A stretch of 64,000 bases of DNA from a virus. A model generated the notes under the pieces. The model saw nothing but the letters and a program-made list of their open reading frames with translations. It was not told the origin of the DNA and ran no database searches. A program made the position numbers and the translations under genes. The DNA is taken from IMG/VR virus record IMGVR_UViG_3300043403_000102, positions 18,089-82,088 of that record. One strand, written 5' to 3'. Below are positions 47,369 to 56,374 of this stretch, piece after piece; the stretch's first letter is position 1, and every line of letters starts with the position of its first letter.

Positions 47369-48631
47369 TCAGTCGTTGTCGATGTGGATGATTTGACCCC
47401 AGCTAAGGGGTCCAGCAGTCGTATGCGGCAATGGCGCGTTCTTTCCGCAGAGCACCCAGATCACCCGGATGCCGGGTGGGGGTGTTGCGGGGGCCTCGCC
47501 CGCGCCGTCGGTCAAGAACACGAACAGCGGTGGCTTGGGCTTCATACGTTCGACGGCATCGAACGCGGGGACGAAGCTGGTGCCCCCACCGCCCTTGAAG
47601 GCCTTGAGGAAGTCGAGGGCCGACTTGATCTTGCCGTTGTGGTGAACCTCCGAGTCGCAGGCAATGAACTGCACCGCCGCCCGCACGCTCTTGAGGATGC
47701 CGTCAATCTCGGAGGCGGCGAGCTTGAGGGCCTCGCCGAGCATGCTGCCCGAGGTATCGAGACCCACGCACACCTGAGGCAAGGGCGCGCGTATCGCCGG
47801 GATGATGATCTGCCCGTCTCGACCGCTGAACATCGCCTGCCGTCGGCTGCGATGTTGATAGGTGTAGTCCTTCATGCCGATTTGAGCCGCTACGCCCGAT
47901 CGGATGGCTCGGCGCAGTTGGTCCTCCCAGCGAATCTTGGGGGGCGCGAGATGCTCCTCCGCCCATATGCGCAGGCCAAGGGGCACCGACCCTTCGCCCT
48001 TGGTCCGGGTTTCCGCCTCGATGGCCGATGCCACTTGATTGCGTATGCGCTGCAGATCCGCTTCGCTGCGCCCCTCGCTGGCGGTTCCGTCGGCATCCTC
48101 GGGGGATTCCCCGGGGAGGGGCGCGCCCCCGCTGCCCGATCCATCCATGCCCCCGGCTGCCGTCGGCTTTGACGGGGCCCCCTTGAGGTTCCCGTCTTCG
48201 TCGAGTTTCTTCATCAACTCGTGGTAGTAGGTCTCGGCCAGCAGCCCGTTCTTGAGGCCGAATGTTTTGGGCCAGCAGCCATTCGTGGGCAGGGGCACGT
48301 TGGCCTCGGAGAGGTCATCGTTGATCTCGCAGTCGGCCGCTACGTTCCAGATCTTGGGCTCTGCCGCCATCGTCTTGGCCCGTGATGCGTGCGACCGGAT
48401 GCTGTGGTTCGCCTCGTGCAGCAGCACCCCCGAGACCTGCTCAAGGGGCAACGTCGATATCCATTCAGGATCCCACATAAGCACGCCGCTTCGGGTGACT
48501 CCCATCGTACCCAGGCCGGGCGTCTCTCGGGGAATGAGCCCCATCACGGCGGCCTGCATATAAGGCATGTATTTGCGGGTCATCATGCGCGCGATTGCCA
48601 TCATCTGCTCGGGCGAGAACGTCGTCATCAA
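47369..48631 (-). CDS. Metallopeptidase-like plus vWA domain protein (DUF2201-like)
   Basis: LHEANH, WNVAADCEIND, MIDAS DTSGSM, GGGGT, LTDG. Confidence 0.88.
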   Translation of the reverse strand: MMTTFSPEQMMAIARMMTRKYMPYMQAAVMGLIPRETPGLGTMGVTRSGVLMWDPEWISTLPLEQVSGVLLHEANHSIRSHASRAKTMAAEPKIWNVAADCEINDDLSEANVPLPTNGCWPKTFGLKNGLLAETYYHELMKKLDEDGNLKGAPSKPTAAGGMDGSGSGGAPLPGESPEDADGTASEGRSEADLQRIRNQVASAIEAETRTKGEGSVPLGLRIWAEEHLAPPKIRWEDQLRRAIRSGVAAQIGMKDYTYQHRSRRQAMFSGRDGQIIIPAIRAPLPQVCVGLDTSGSMLGEALKLAASEIDGILKSVRAAVQFIACDSEVHHNGKIKSALDFLKAFKGGGGTSFVPAFDAVERMKPKPPLFVFLTDGAGEAPATPPPGIRVIWVLCGKNAPLPHTTAGPLSWGQIIHIDND

Positions 48632-48861
48632 AGCACCTCAAGCCCGGCGTTCCGAACCCACTCGATGTAGCTCGCCAGGTTGATGAGGGTGGTGTTGACG
48701 TCGGTGCCGATCGTCTTGTACGCGATGACTTCACTACCTCCCTCGGCCATCAGCTCACCCACGCACGGGGTTCCCGGGTAGACGACGAACTTACGTTCGC
48801 TCTCTAACAAGATCGCCTGCGCCTCTTCCAACTTCATGTGCCGTCGTGTTGCCATGTTCAC
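48628..48861 (-). CDS. Hypothetical protein
   Basis: 77 aa coupled ORF. Confidence 0.5.
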   Translation of the reverse strand: MNMATRRHMKLEEAQAILLESERKFVVYPGTPCVGELMAEGGSEVIAYKTIGTDVNTTLINLASYIEWVRNAGLEVL

Positions 48862-49721
48862 ACCCTCCGTGCCTTCTTGTCTTGCGCCTCTTGTTCAGCG
48901 CGTGCCTCGGCATCCAAGATAGACGCCATCAGCCGCGCCTTCATCGCCTGCATTGCGTCCTGCAGGCCCTGCATCGATTGCCCTAGCATCGTCTCGTAGA
49001 CCGAGACCTTGTTGATGGCCTCGTCGGTCTTGAGCTGCCTTGTCCTCAGAGCGCGTACCCCGAGGTCGTCGTTGGTGTTGATCTCGGTTTCGAGGTCCAC
49101 CAGGTACTGATGGGCTTCGGCCTCCATCGAGCGCAGCACGAGGTCCTTCACCTCCTCGGTTTTGATTGCTGGTATCTCGACGAACGTCTGCCCCTTGAGC
49201 GTCGGGCACTTTGTCAAGGCCCGCGTCGGTAGGAAATACAAGCCCCCCGCCTGCTTCAAGGCGATGCCTTGAAGCAGGAACGCGGTGTCGATGAGCCAAC
49301 CCGAAAGGTCCTGCGTGGACAGGGTGCCGTCCATGATGCGGTCGAACTCCTCGATAATCGCGGGGCCTAGGTGGTGCGCAGGCGGCTCTATGAAGGGGCG
49401 CCCAAAAAGCCGTGCCTGCACCACCACCCGGTAGTCCAGGGGTTCGGCGGGGTCGTCCGATTTGCGCTCTTCGACGAGCGCCCACCGACCAGATTCAATC
49501 CGTCGAAGCAGCATGTGTGGCCCTGCGGCCAGGCTCATGGCCCTGCGCAATGCCACCGCGGGGCTGCACTGTTTGGGGTGCAGGTGATCGGAGATCTGCG
49601 CTGTCGTAAGATCTGCGCAAAGATTGGCGTGGCTCGTGTTGCCACTCAGGCTCCACGTCACGATCGCTCCGGCAAGGTGCGATTGGTCGAACCCGGGTAG
49701 GGCTATCAGGTCAAGGGGCAT
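48858..49721 (-). CDS. Hypothetical protein associated with the MoxR/vWA pair
   Basis: 287 aa, GGLYFLP motif, C-terminal coiled coil, conserved RBS motif. Confidence 0.6.
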   Translation of the reverse strand: MPLDLIALPGFDQSHLAGAIVTWSLSGNTSHANLCADLTTAQISDHLHPKQCSPAVALRRAMSLAAGPHMLLRRIESGRWALVEERKSDDPAEPLDYRVVVQARLFGRPFIEPPAHHLGPAIIEEFDRIMDGTLSTQDLSGWLIDTAFLLQGIALKQAGGLYFLPTRALTKCPTLKGQTFVEIPAIKTEEVKDLVLRSMEAEAHQYLVDLETEINTNDDLGVRALRTRQLKTDEAINKVSVYETMLGQSMQGLQDAMQAMKARLMASILDAEARAEQEAQDKKARRV

Positions 49722-49852
49722 GTTGGTCCTTTCGATTTACGGGGCGACAGTTACCGAGGCGAACACCCAGACCACCCCCACCAGGAGCGCGAGAAAGATC
49801 ACGCAATCAAGGATCGCGGCGGCGGGGCTTTGTTTGCATTCGTTTTCGTCAA

Positions 49853-50179
49853 TCATCCGAGTGCCTCTTGCATCGTGGTGTCCGAGCCCGACAACATCTC
49901 GTTGACCATCGCGGGCACCCGCCCGAAATACAGGATGCGTTTGTTGTGGTCCTCGCGACGTTCGATGACGGGGATCCCCGCCATACGCAGGCGACTGATG
50001 AGGGCCGCTGACGAGGCCCTATATTTCCCCGAATAGGTCGCGGCCGACCCCTTCAGGGTCGAGCCGCTGATGGACTCGTTCCCGAGAACGATACCGCGCT
50101 GATAGCTTCCCTTGCAAAGCGCCAGCGCCCGGTCTTGTTCCTCTTGTGTACCGTGGTCCCAGTTTGCCCACTTGCCCAT
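49853..50179 (-). CDS. Early hypothetical protein
   Basis: Start MGKWANW after the TCGAAAGGACC motif. Confidence 0.6.
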   Translation of the reverse strand: MGKWANWDHGTQEEQDRALALCKGSYQRGIVLGNESISGSTLKGSAATYSGKYRASSAALISRLRMAGIPVIERREDHNKRILYFGRVPAMVNEMLSGSDTTMQEALG

Positions 50180-50277
50180 GATGGTCCTTTCGATGATGCG
50201 GGTACTCCGCTCAGGACTCCGCATGCGTGATGCGAGGCCCTGAGCGAAGGGGCAGTCGCCTGCCCCTCAACACCTCC

Positions 50278-50784
50278 CTAGCGAGGGTTTGCAGACAGGT
50301 GGGCCAGCGGTACGAACCCGAGCATCTTCCGGACGTTGCCGTCCGTCATCTCGGCACCGATGCGCACGAGGGCGCGCTTGCCGATGAGCTTCTCGACATA
50401 GAGCGAGTTCAGGTCGCTCTCGCTGTACGCCCCCAGGTATTCGGCGTGGTGCTTGGCGCGAAGCCAAACCTGCGTGCCGAGGGACACGATCAGCTTGCCT
50501 GCGCCGACACCTACCGGAGGGGCAAATCCTTCGGCCTTCTGGGCGGCGATGGTTTCGATGAGCGTCTTGCAGGCGCTGATGGCTTCATCAGAGGCGGCCG
50601 TGATATCGACGTTGCGCCACTTTGCGACCATGCGGCCAATGCGCGCGGCCGATTTATGGGCAGCCACCGCGCTCCCGAAGACCGAGTCGATCTTGCTCTT
50701 CTTGGCCCTTGGGGCTTTGGTCGAGGCCTTGGTGACAGGAGGGGGGACGAGCGCGGGGCGAGCGGCCTTTTGAATAGTTGCCAT
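50278..50784 (-). CDS. Early hypothetical basic protein
   Basis: Start MATIQK after the TCGAAAGGACC motif. Confidence 0.65.
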   Translation of the reverse strand: MATIQKAARPALVPPPVTKASTKAPRAKKSKIDSVFGSAVAAHKSAARIGRMVAKWRNVDITAASDEAISACKTLIETIAAQKAEGFAPPVGVGAGKLIVSLGTQVWLRAKHHAEYLGAYSESDLNSLYVEKLIGKRALVRIGAEMTDGNVRKMLGFVPLAHLSANPR

Positions 50785-50857
50785 GATGTTTGGTCCTTTC
50801 GATTCGGGGGTAAGTCCCCGAAGCAGCCCGCAGTTGAGGGTGGGCTGCTTCGGACTC

Positions 50858-51136
50858 TCACTCATACGTCGCGGTGGCAAGGGCCCGAACGTAATCCGTC
50901 CAGCCGTCGATTATGTGCGCGTCGTCTGGGTCGACTCCGTTGAGGCACGTATCCAGGAGCGTTGCGGTGGTCCAAGCCCCGCTTCGCAGGTTGTCGAGGT
51001 CGCCTTGAACGTCTGCGAGGTCGCTACCGCAAAACTCAAGCGTCGTCATGGTGTTGCGGTTGAACAAGACGGGAGGGGTCGAGGGGACCAAAAACTTGTC
51101 ATCAGGCAAGGGCTTCGATTGAAGTGCGCAGGCCAT
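50858..51136 (-). CDS. Early hypothetical protein
   Basis: 92 aa ORF. Confidence 0.5.
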   Translation of the reverse strand: MACALQSKPLPDDKFLVPSTPPVLFNRNTMTTLEFCGSDLADVQGDLDNLRSGAWTTATLLDTCLNGVDPDDAHIIDGWTDYVRALATATYE

Positions 51137-51138
51137 GT

Positions 51139-51327
51139 TCAGTTGCCCCCTTTCTCTTTGCCCCCGAACTTCGCCTCGTCGAACGCGAGCTGCTTCAGGT
51201 CACGGGCGCTCAATCCGCTAATCGCCGCCGAGTTCCCCGCAACTACGGTATGAAAATCCCTTGCATGATGTTTGCGGAAAGCCTCGGCGTGAGCGGTGTC
51301 GGGGAAGGTGAAAATTTTGGTGGCCAT
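51139..51327 (-). CDS. Early hypothetical protein
   Basis: 62 aa ORF. Confidence 0.5.
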   Translation of the reverse strand: MATKIFTFPDTAHAEAFRKHHARDFHTVVAGNSAAISGLSARDLKQLAFDEAKFGGKEKGGN

Positions 51328-51425
51328 GTTTCAGTTGTCTTTCTTCTTAGGGTACACCAGCTCGCTCATCGTTACCGCTGGGATGCGGACCGTCTTGGAT
51401 TCTGGCGGCCTCTTTACCGGGGCGC

Positions 51426-51674
51426 TCATCGGAGGAACTCCTTGATGTCCCGGGCCAGGCAGCGCAGCTCCTCTTTGTCCAGGTCGGGGTCGCTGACCTC
51501 GATTGAGGCGCTGAGAATAGCGATGCAGGTTTGTAGGAGCTGCTTTTTGGCCCTCGCCTCCGTATCGCTCAACTCATCATCCCCACCATGGGGCTTCAGG
51601 TCTTCGAGGGCGAATTTGCAGTCATCCAGGTCGCGGAGAGTATTTTCAAATCGGCAATAGCTCATGTTGGCCAT
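51426..51674 (-). CDS. First early gene, phage protein with an MSYCRFENT N-terminus
   Basis: MANMSYCRFENTLRDLDDC, an N-terminus I recognise from phage hypothetical proteins; preceded by the RBS motif. Confidence 0.7.
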   Translation of the reverse strand: MANMSYCRFENTLRDLDDCKFALEDLKPHGGDDELSDTEARAKKQLLQTCIAILSASIEVSDPDLDKEELRCLARDIKEFLR

Positions 51675-52082
51675 GTTGTTTAGTCCTTTCGATTCGGGAA
51701 CAAGCCCGGTCGAACCGCCCACCCTTTCGGGGTGAGAAGCTCGACCGGGCCGCGCTTGTTTGCTGCGCGGCCCTTACAGAATTTATTTCAGCGGGGGTGC
51801 TCGGTGTCCGGGGGAATACTGACGGACCGTGCCGCCATCATCTCAGGAGCCGGTGCAGCGCGCTTTGGTTGCGCTCCCCTGCCTATCTGTCCATGTTCGT
51901 CTGCCGTCTCGCGTCCGCTCCCCTGTGGGGCCTGGGGACCTTTGGGGTCCTTGGGTTTGGGCCTGGCTCCTAGCGGGGTCTGTTACGTCCGCCCTGGGGC
52001 TGCCTACCGGTTTCGCGCTGGCCTGGTTTTCAGAGAGCGTCGGGGAGGAAGTTCTTTCGAGCCACCCGTCCTGACAAGAACA

Positions 52083-52120
52083 ATACTAGGGGATAAATAG
52101 AGAATAGGCAATAAATAATA
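52083..52120 (-). promoter_or_regulatory. Sigma70-type early promoter
   Basis: TTGCCT (52111-52106)-N17-TAGTAT (52088-52083) with an AT-rich UP-like tract, in an otherwise GC-rich genome. Confidence 0.7.
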
Positions 52121-52242
52121 ACGGGAAAAGAACATAGCTCCGCTAACTACGCGTAATCACGAGGCAATTAGGCGCAACTTTTTTCGACGGGAACTGCGGC
52201 CCGCGACAATGGGGGGCCGCAGTTCCCCGCAGCGCGCGGCCC

Positions 52243-52902
52243 CTATACCCGGGACCAGTCGAACCAGGGCGCGGCCCTCAGGGCCCCCGGATCCCAACCC
52301 CCGCCGCCACCCCACCGGGATAGGGGGGACAGATCCTCGTGCCCGAACACAGGCAGGCCAGAAATTAACCAGCGCCTCTGAATATCGGCCACGAGCGCCG
52401 CCACCGTCCGATATTGCGCCTCGGTATAGAGGGAGCCCGTCGAATCGATTCCCTGCAGCGGAACCAACTCGACCCCTACCCCTACTTGGTTGGGGCTCCC
52501 CGTGCGCAGAAGGCCCGCAGGGTTGTTGGCGGGGCCGTGGGCCCTGTCCCACGCCGCGAGGCCCGCAGGGCTCAGGCCCTTGCGCCAGGAGCCGTCTCGG
52601 TAGGACGCAGCTTCTTGGGGCGATACGCGGCAGTGCCAGGCCATCTCGGTCTCGTTGGCCACCTGCCACAGCACCCCATCGAGGTCGATCACGTAGTGCG
52701 CGAAGTTCGACTCAGGGTCCTGGTACTCTCCGAGCACGGCCTCGATGACGGGCTTGTTGAGCTTCTTGGCGAGGTCGTAGACCCCGCGTCCCGTGGTGTG
52801 CACGACGAGCGCCTCGGGTTCGGGGCGCGGGCGATCTTTCACGTCGCGCATGTGCCCGACTACGCGGGCGAGGGATGACAGGCCTCTAGGGTCGTTGCTC
52901 AC
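52243..52902 (-). CDS. Endolysin, N-acetylmuramoyl-L-alanine amidase (Amidase_2)
   Basis: LVVHTT, AHYVIDLDG, AWHC, VGVEL, YTEAQY, FGHED, DPG. Confidence 0.88.
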   Translation of the reverse strand: MSNDPRGLSSLARVVGHMRDVKDRPRPEPEALVVHTTGRGVYDLAKKLNKPVIEAVLGEYQDPESNFAHYVIDLDGVLWQVANETEMAWHCRVSPQEAASYRDGSWRKGLSPAGLAAWDRAHGPANNPAGLLRTGSPNQVGVGVELVPLQGIDSTGSLYTEAQYRTVAALVADIQRRWLISGLPVFGHEDLSPLSRWGGGGGWDPGALRAAPWFDWSRV

Positions 52903-53399
52903 GCACTGATTCTGCGCCCGTACTCCGCGATGAGCAAGGCGTCGGCCCAGCCGTCCTTCAGCCCGCCCTTGGGGCCTCGGAGGTTGACCCCGGGGAACAA
53001 CTGCCCCGCAATGTGCGCGGCTTGCTCTTTGCGCGCCTTTGTACCGTCTGCCTTGGGCATGCCCTTCATGAGCAACGCACGCCACGTCTGCGGGGCCACC
53101 TGAACGTAAGGGATGCGCAGCACCGAGAGCATGCCTATCCAAAGACCCCCGCCATACCCGATGCTGTGGGCGCTGACGACTCCCTCGCCGGGCCGAACAC
53201 CCGTGCGCTCGATGACGACGACGGCCTCCCCTAAGCGATGGATCGTTTCCAGCATTGTGACCATGCCGCGCAGATCATATTCCCGCTTCGTCGTCGTGGT
53301 TCCCAGCGTGGGGGTTGACGATATGAGCGGCACACCACTTGGTGACAGAGACACCACCGCGCCGCTCTTGCCTGGGTCGATACCGACATAAGTCTTCAT
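52899..53399 (-). CDS. RuvC-like Holliday junction resolvase
   Basis: VGIDPGKSGA, VIE, VAPQTW, ADALLIAEY. Confidence 0.88.
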   Translation of the reverse strand: MKTYVGIDPGKSGAVVSLSPSGVPLISSTPTLGTTTTKREYDLRGMVTMLETIHRLGEAVVVIERTGVRPGEGVVSAHSIGYGGGLWIGMLSVLRIPYVQVAPQTWRALLMKGMPKADGTKARKEQAAHIAGQLFPGVNLRGPKGGLKDGWADALLIAEYGRRISA

Positions 53400-53405
53400 C
53401 CCCCG

Positions 53406-53431
53406 TATTTAGGGGGAAGGTAGTGGTTTAC
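53406..53431 (-). promoter_or_regulatory. Phage promoter GTAAAC-N14-TAAATA (copy 9)
   Basis: Exact motif; ATG 6 nt downstream. Confidence 0.8.
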
Positions 53432-53679
53432 TTTTCAGGGGGGAACATCGGTGGCTGCGAGGGGGTCTTGTCCGCGCGCAGACGGTCCAGCGCCGCGTCC
53501 TGATACTGCGGGGTCAACGCCGACCGCAAGCTCGTCAGCAGTGCCACCGCAATGGCTGCCCACTTGGCGGCCTTGTCGCTGATGAGCCCCTGGGACGCAA
53601 TGTCCCCGATAACCCCGATGCTCAGGGAGAGAATCAAAAAGAAGATGCTGATGCCGCGTTTCTCAAGTTGCTGAAGCAT
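53428..53679 (-). CDS. Putative holin
   Basis: 83 aa, two hydrophobic helices, close to the endolysin. Confidence 0.55.
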   Translation of the reverse strand: MLQQLEKRGISIFFLILSLSIGVIGDIASQGLISDKAAKWAAIAVALLTSLRSALTPQYQDAALDRLRADKTPSQPPMFPPEK

Positions 53680-53682
53680 GGT

Positions 53683-54081
53683 TCATTCCCCTTCCGGTAG
53701 GTCCACACGACAAGCGAGGCCTTCGCCCTGCTTCATGCAGGTGATGACCATCGCCTTCAAAAGTTTTCGTGTCTTGGCATACGAGGCCGCGATCTCTTGC
53801 CGATACGCCACCCCGCCGCCTGCGACCACTTGCTCGGCGTTCAGGTGAATAGACTTGTCGCTCTGATGGACTTGGCCCTGGAAACCCACCATCGCCAAGC
53901 TGGCCACGCCTGACAGCAGCACAAGGAGCAAGGCGCCTACCATGGGGGCCGACAGCACCACGCGAGAAATGTTCACTGTGCTGTCCGGTTGGCTATAGCT
54001 AGACGGTACCGGACCCGATGCTTGAGGCCTCGAATAGCCAACGGGTATTTCAACTGGCGTGGGCGTGTTGTCGTTGGACAT
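53683..54081 (-). CDS. Membrane protein (lysis module)
   Basis: Single TM segment, GGAG RBS. Confidence 0.5.
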   Translation of the reverse strand: MSNDNTPTPVEIPVGYSRPQASGPVPSSYSQPDSTVNISRVVLSAPMVGALLLVLLSGVASLAMVGFQGQVHQSDKSIHLNAEQVVAGGGVAYRQEIAASYAKTRKLLKAMVITCMKQGEGLACRVDLPEGE

Positions 54082-54107
54082 TCGAGGGTACTCCTGCCGT
54101 GAGGGTT

Positions 54108-54152
54108 AAAAGATCCGAGAGCCCCCTGTTTGTAAGGAGGCTCCCGGATCTT
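54108..54152 (-). terminator. Stem-loop terminator after the tail genes
   Basis: AAGATCCGGGAGCC...GGCTCTCGGATCTT; G-U pairs favour the minus strand; short T run. Confidence 0.6.
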
Positions 54153-54173
54153 AAGCGGCGAGATTAACCTAAA

Positions 54174-54545
54174 TCAGCCTGCGACGCCTATTTCGCCTTC
54201 CATCTGGATCACCAGAGCGAGGGTCGTACCCGCACCACCGACGAGGAAGTCCGCGGCATCGAAGCGCATGATGCCGTTCCAGTCCACGAACGAGTTGGCC
54301 GGGACCGACGTGGCGATGCCCACAACTTCGGTGCCCGCTGCGTTGGCACCCGTGGCGCCCTTGTAGAGCGAGAACGTGGCCGCGGTGCCCGTCTTGTTGA
54401 TGATGCGGATGTGTCGCAGCACGATGTACTGAGAGCTGGAACCCGCATTCACGCCGCCCGTTGCCGTCGGAGGGTTGAGGATGTTGGTGGTGAGCGTCGT
54501 GGACAACGCCACCGGGCCGGAGTTGAAAACCTTGTTCTGCGCCAT
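54174..54545 (-). CDS. Virion structural protein
   Basis: 123 aa Thr/Ala/Gly-rich beta protein. Confidence 0.6.
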   Translation of the reverse strand: MAQNKVFNSGPVALSTTLTTNILNPPTATGGVNAGSSSQYIVLRHIRIINKTGTAATFSLYKGATGANAAGTEVVGIATSVPANSFVDWNGIMRFDAADFLVGGAGTTLALVIQMEGEIGVAG

Positions 54546-54573
54546 CTGATGATCCCTTTCGTTCGTTTCTTTT

Positions 54574-55632
54574 TTACTTGTCGAAAATGTCTATGCGCTT
54601 GCCGTTGCTGCCCGCTGTACCCGCAGCCCCGGTACCCGTGCCCGTGCCGCCCGTGCCACCTGAAAGCACGACGGTTCCGTTTTCGGTGAGGGTTTGGGTG
54701 ATGAAGCTGAGCAGCCCGCCGCCTCCGCCTCCCCCGCCGCCTGAGTTACCGCTGACGGCATTGCCGCCGTTCCCTCCGGCCACGCTGATGATGGATCCCG
54801 GGGCCATGAAGATCTTGGGCGAGCACAGCACCATGTGGCCACCTCCGGCGCCCCCGCCGCCTCCAAGGTTCGTTCCGCCGTTTCCCCCACCAGCACCACC
54901 ACCCGCCCCGCCTTGAAAGAAGGCCGCGCCTCCTGAGGCCGAACGATCGTCGTCTACGCCAGCCAGCAAGGACTCGGTTCGACGTGGGCGCACGCGCTGA
55001 TTTGATGGCCCTCGTGTATTCCCGCCAGCACCAGCAGCTGTGGCCCCAGCGCCGCCAGCCCCGCCATCACCACCGATGCCCGGGGTGTTGTTGTTGTTCC
55101 AGCCACTGCCTGCTGCCCCTGCCGCGTTCGTACCCGTTGCCCCTGCGGCACCTTGCCCGAGGGGGCCATTGGTGGCGTTCGTTCCCGCCGTGGCCCCGCT
55201 GGCGTTGCCGCCGACACAGGACAGTGTGCCAAAGATCTTGATCGCCTTGCGGGCGATGACCCTGAACCCGTCGGTCTTGACGGTGACTCCGGCATCGACG
55301 ATAAACTTGTCCGGGTAGACGTCCTGCGTGAGCGTTTGAACTGCCCCGCCACCGATGCTGAACTGAAGGTCGCCGTCTTTGCCGTCCCCGTACAGCGTCT
55401 GGTTACCAGGACCTGCTGCCGTGGCTGCGGCGTCAGCAGCCGCATTGTCCACGGCGGCGATCTCAGCGGCGCTCATCATCGACAGCGTGTCGCCGGTCAG
55501 CTTCCAATACTTACTCGGCCCAGTTAGACCAGTGACAACGGGGTTGATTAGGTACGGAGGATCTGTGAAGTCTGGCGTGTTGACGCTGACTTGGTAATCC
55601 GCTGTGTTCGTTCGATTTATTACGCTGCCCAT
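54574..55632 (-). CDS. Glycine-rich tail fibre/tip protein
   Basis: YGDGKDG motif and long GGxGG runs. Confidence 0.7.
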   Translation of the reverse strand: MGSVINRTNTADYQVSVNTPDFTDPPYLINPVVTGLTGPSKYWKLTGDTLSMMSAAEIAAVDNAAADAAATAAGPGNQTLYGDGKDGDLQFSIGGGAVQTLTQDVYPDKFIVDAGVTVKTDGFRVIARKAIKIFGTLSCVGGNASGATAGTNATNGPLGQGAAGATGTNAAGAAGSGWNNNNTPGIGGDGGAGGAGATAAGAGGNTRGPSNQRVRPRRTESLLAGVDDDRSASGGAAFFQGGAGGGAGGGNGGTNLGGGGGAGGGHMVLCSPKIFMAPGSIISVAGGNGGNAVSGNSGGGGGGGGGLLSFITQTLTENGTVVLSGGTGGTGTGTGAAGTAGSNGKRIDIFDK

Positions 55633-55639
55633 TTTTCAC

Positions 55640-56374
55640 CTATCCAGCAAGCTGCCCTGGGATACCAGTACACCTTGGAGCTGCGATGCGCATCGCACCG
55701 TACGCTGGCGATCCAACGAAGTTTGAGATCGTGCTCGACCCGAAATTGCTTGTATCCCTCACAGCGGTCGCAACCACACCAGGTGCGGCTTCGTTGAGGG
55801 CATACGAGTAATTCAACCCTCCGATAATGTTGTCGCCACCCGTAGCGATACACAGAAGCTCGGCAGCGGTGAGCGCACGGTCATAAATGCGTACGTCCTC
55901 GACTTCCCCAGTCCACGGATCGAACGATATGGCGGGCTCGGTCGCGTTGTTGTTCCCACCGATGTAAAGCGGATACGTGCAAGTCTCCAAGGACAGCGTG
56001 CTGGCGGTGCTCCCCACGTTCACCCCGTCCACGTAGCAAATTAGGTTCGCCCCGTCGTAGGTAAGGGCGACGTGATACCAAGTCGAGTAGTTCAACACGG
56101 TCGACCCTGTGACCTCGACGTTCGAGCCAGAGCTGACAGAAATGATCACCTGGCCATTGTATGTGCTGCCGCCGAGGTCATTCCCGCCAACCCAGAGCCA
56201 GTCCCGTGCGGGGTTCACACTAGATGCACGCGAGAACGCGGGGACCTTTTGCGCCGTAAATGCCGTGGCATACAGACGGCAGCAACACGTCATGTTGGTC
56301 GTGAAACTGAGATGATTGGGGTTCGACAGATAGCAGTACGCCAGCGGCGAGTTCCCGGTGAAAATCAGGCTCAT
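55640..56374 (-). CDS. LamG/concanavalin A-like virion protein
   Basis: [10 protein letters not shown]...YVDG...[17 protein letters not shown]. Confidence 0.85.
   Translation of the reverse strand: MSLIFTGNSPLAYCYLSNPNHLSFTTNMTCCCRLYATAFTAQKVPAFSRASSVNPARDWLWVGGNDLGGSTYNGQVIISVSSGSNVEVTGSTVLNYSTWYHVALTYDGANLICYVDGVNVGSTASTLSLETCTYPLYIGGNNNATEPAISFDPWTGEVEDVRIYDRALTAAELLCIATGGDNIIGGLNYSYALNEAAPGVVATAVRDTSNFGSSTISNFVGSPAYGAMRIAAPRCTGIPGQLAG

Noticed and set aside
17059-53431. TATTTAGGG repeats as CRISPR repeats or att sites
   Set aside because: They are dispersed, all in one orientation and at fixed spacing to start codons, which fits promoters.
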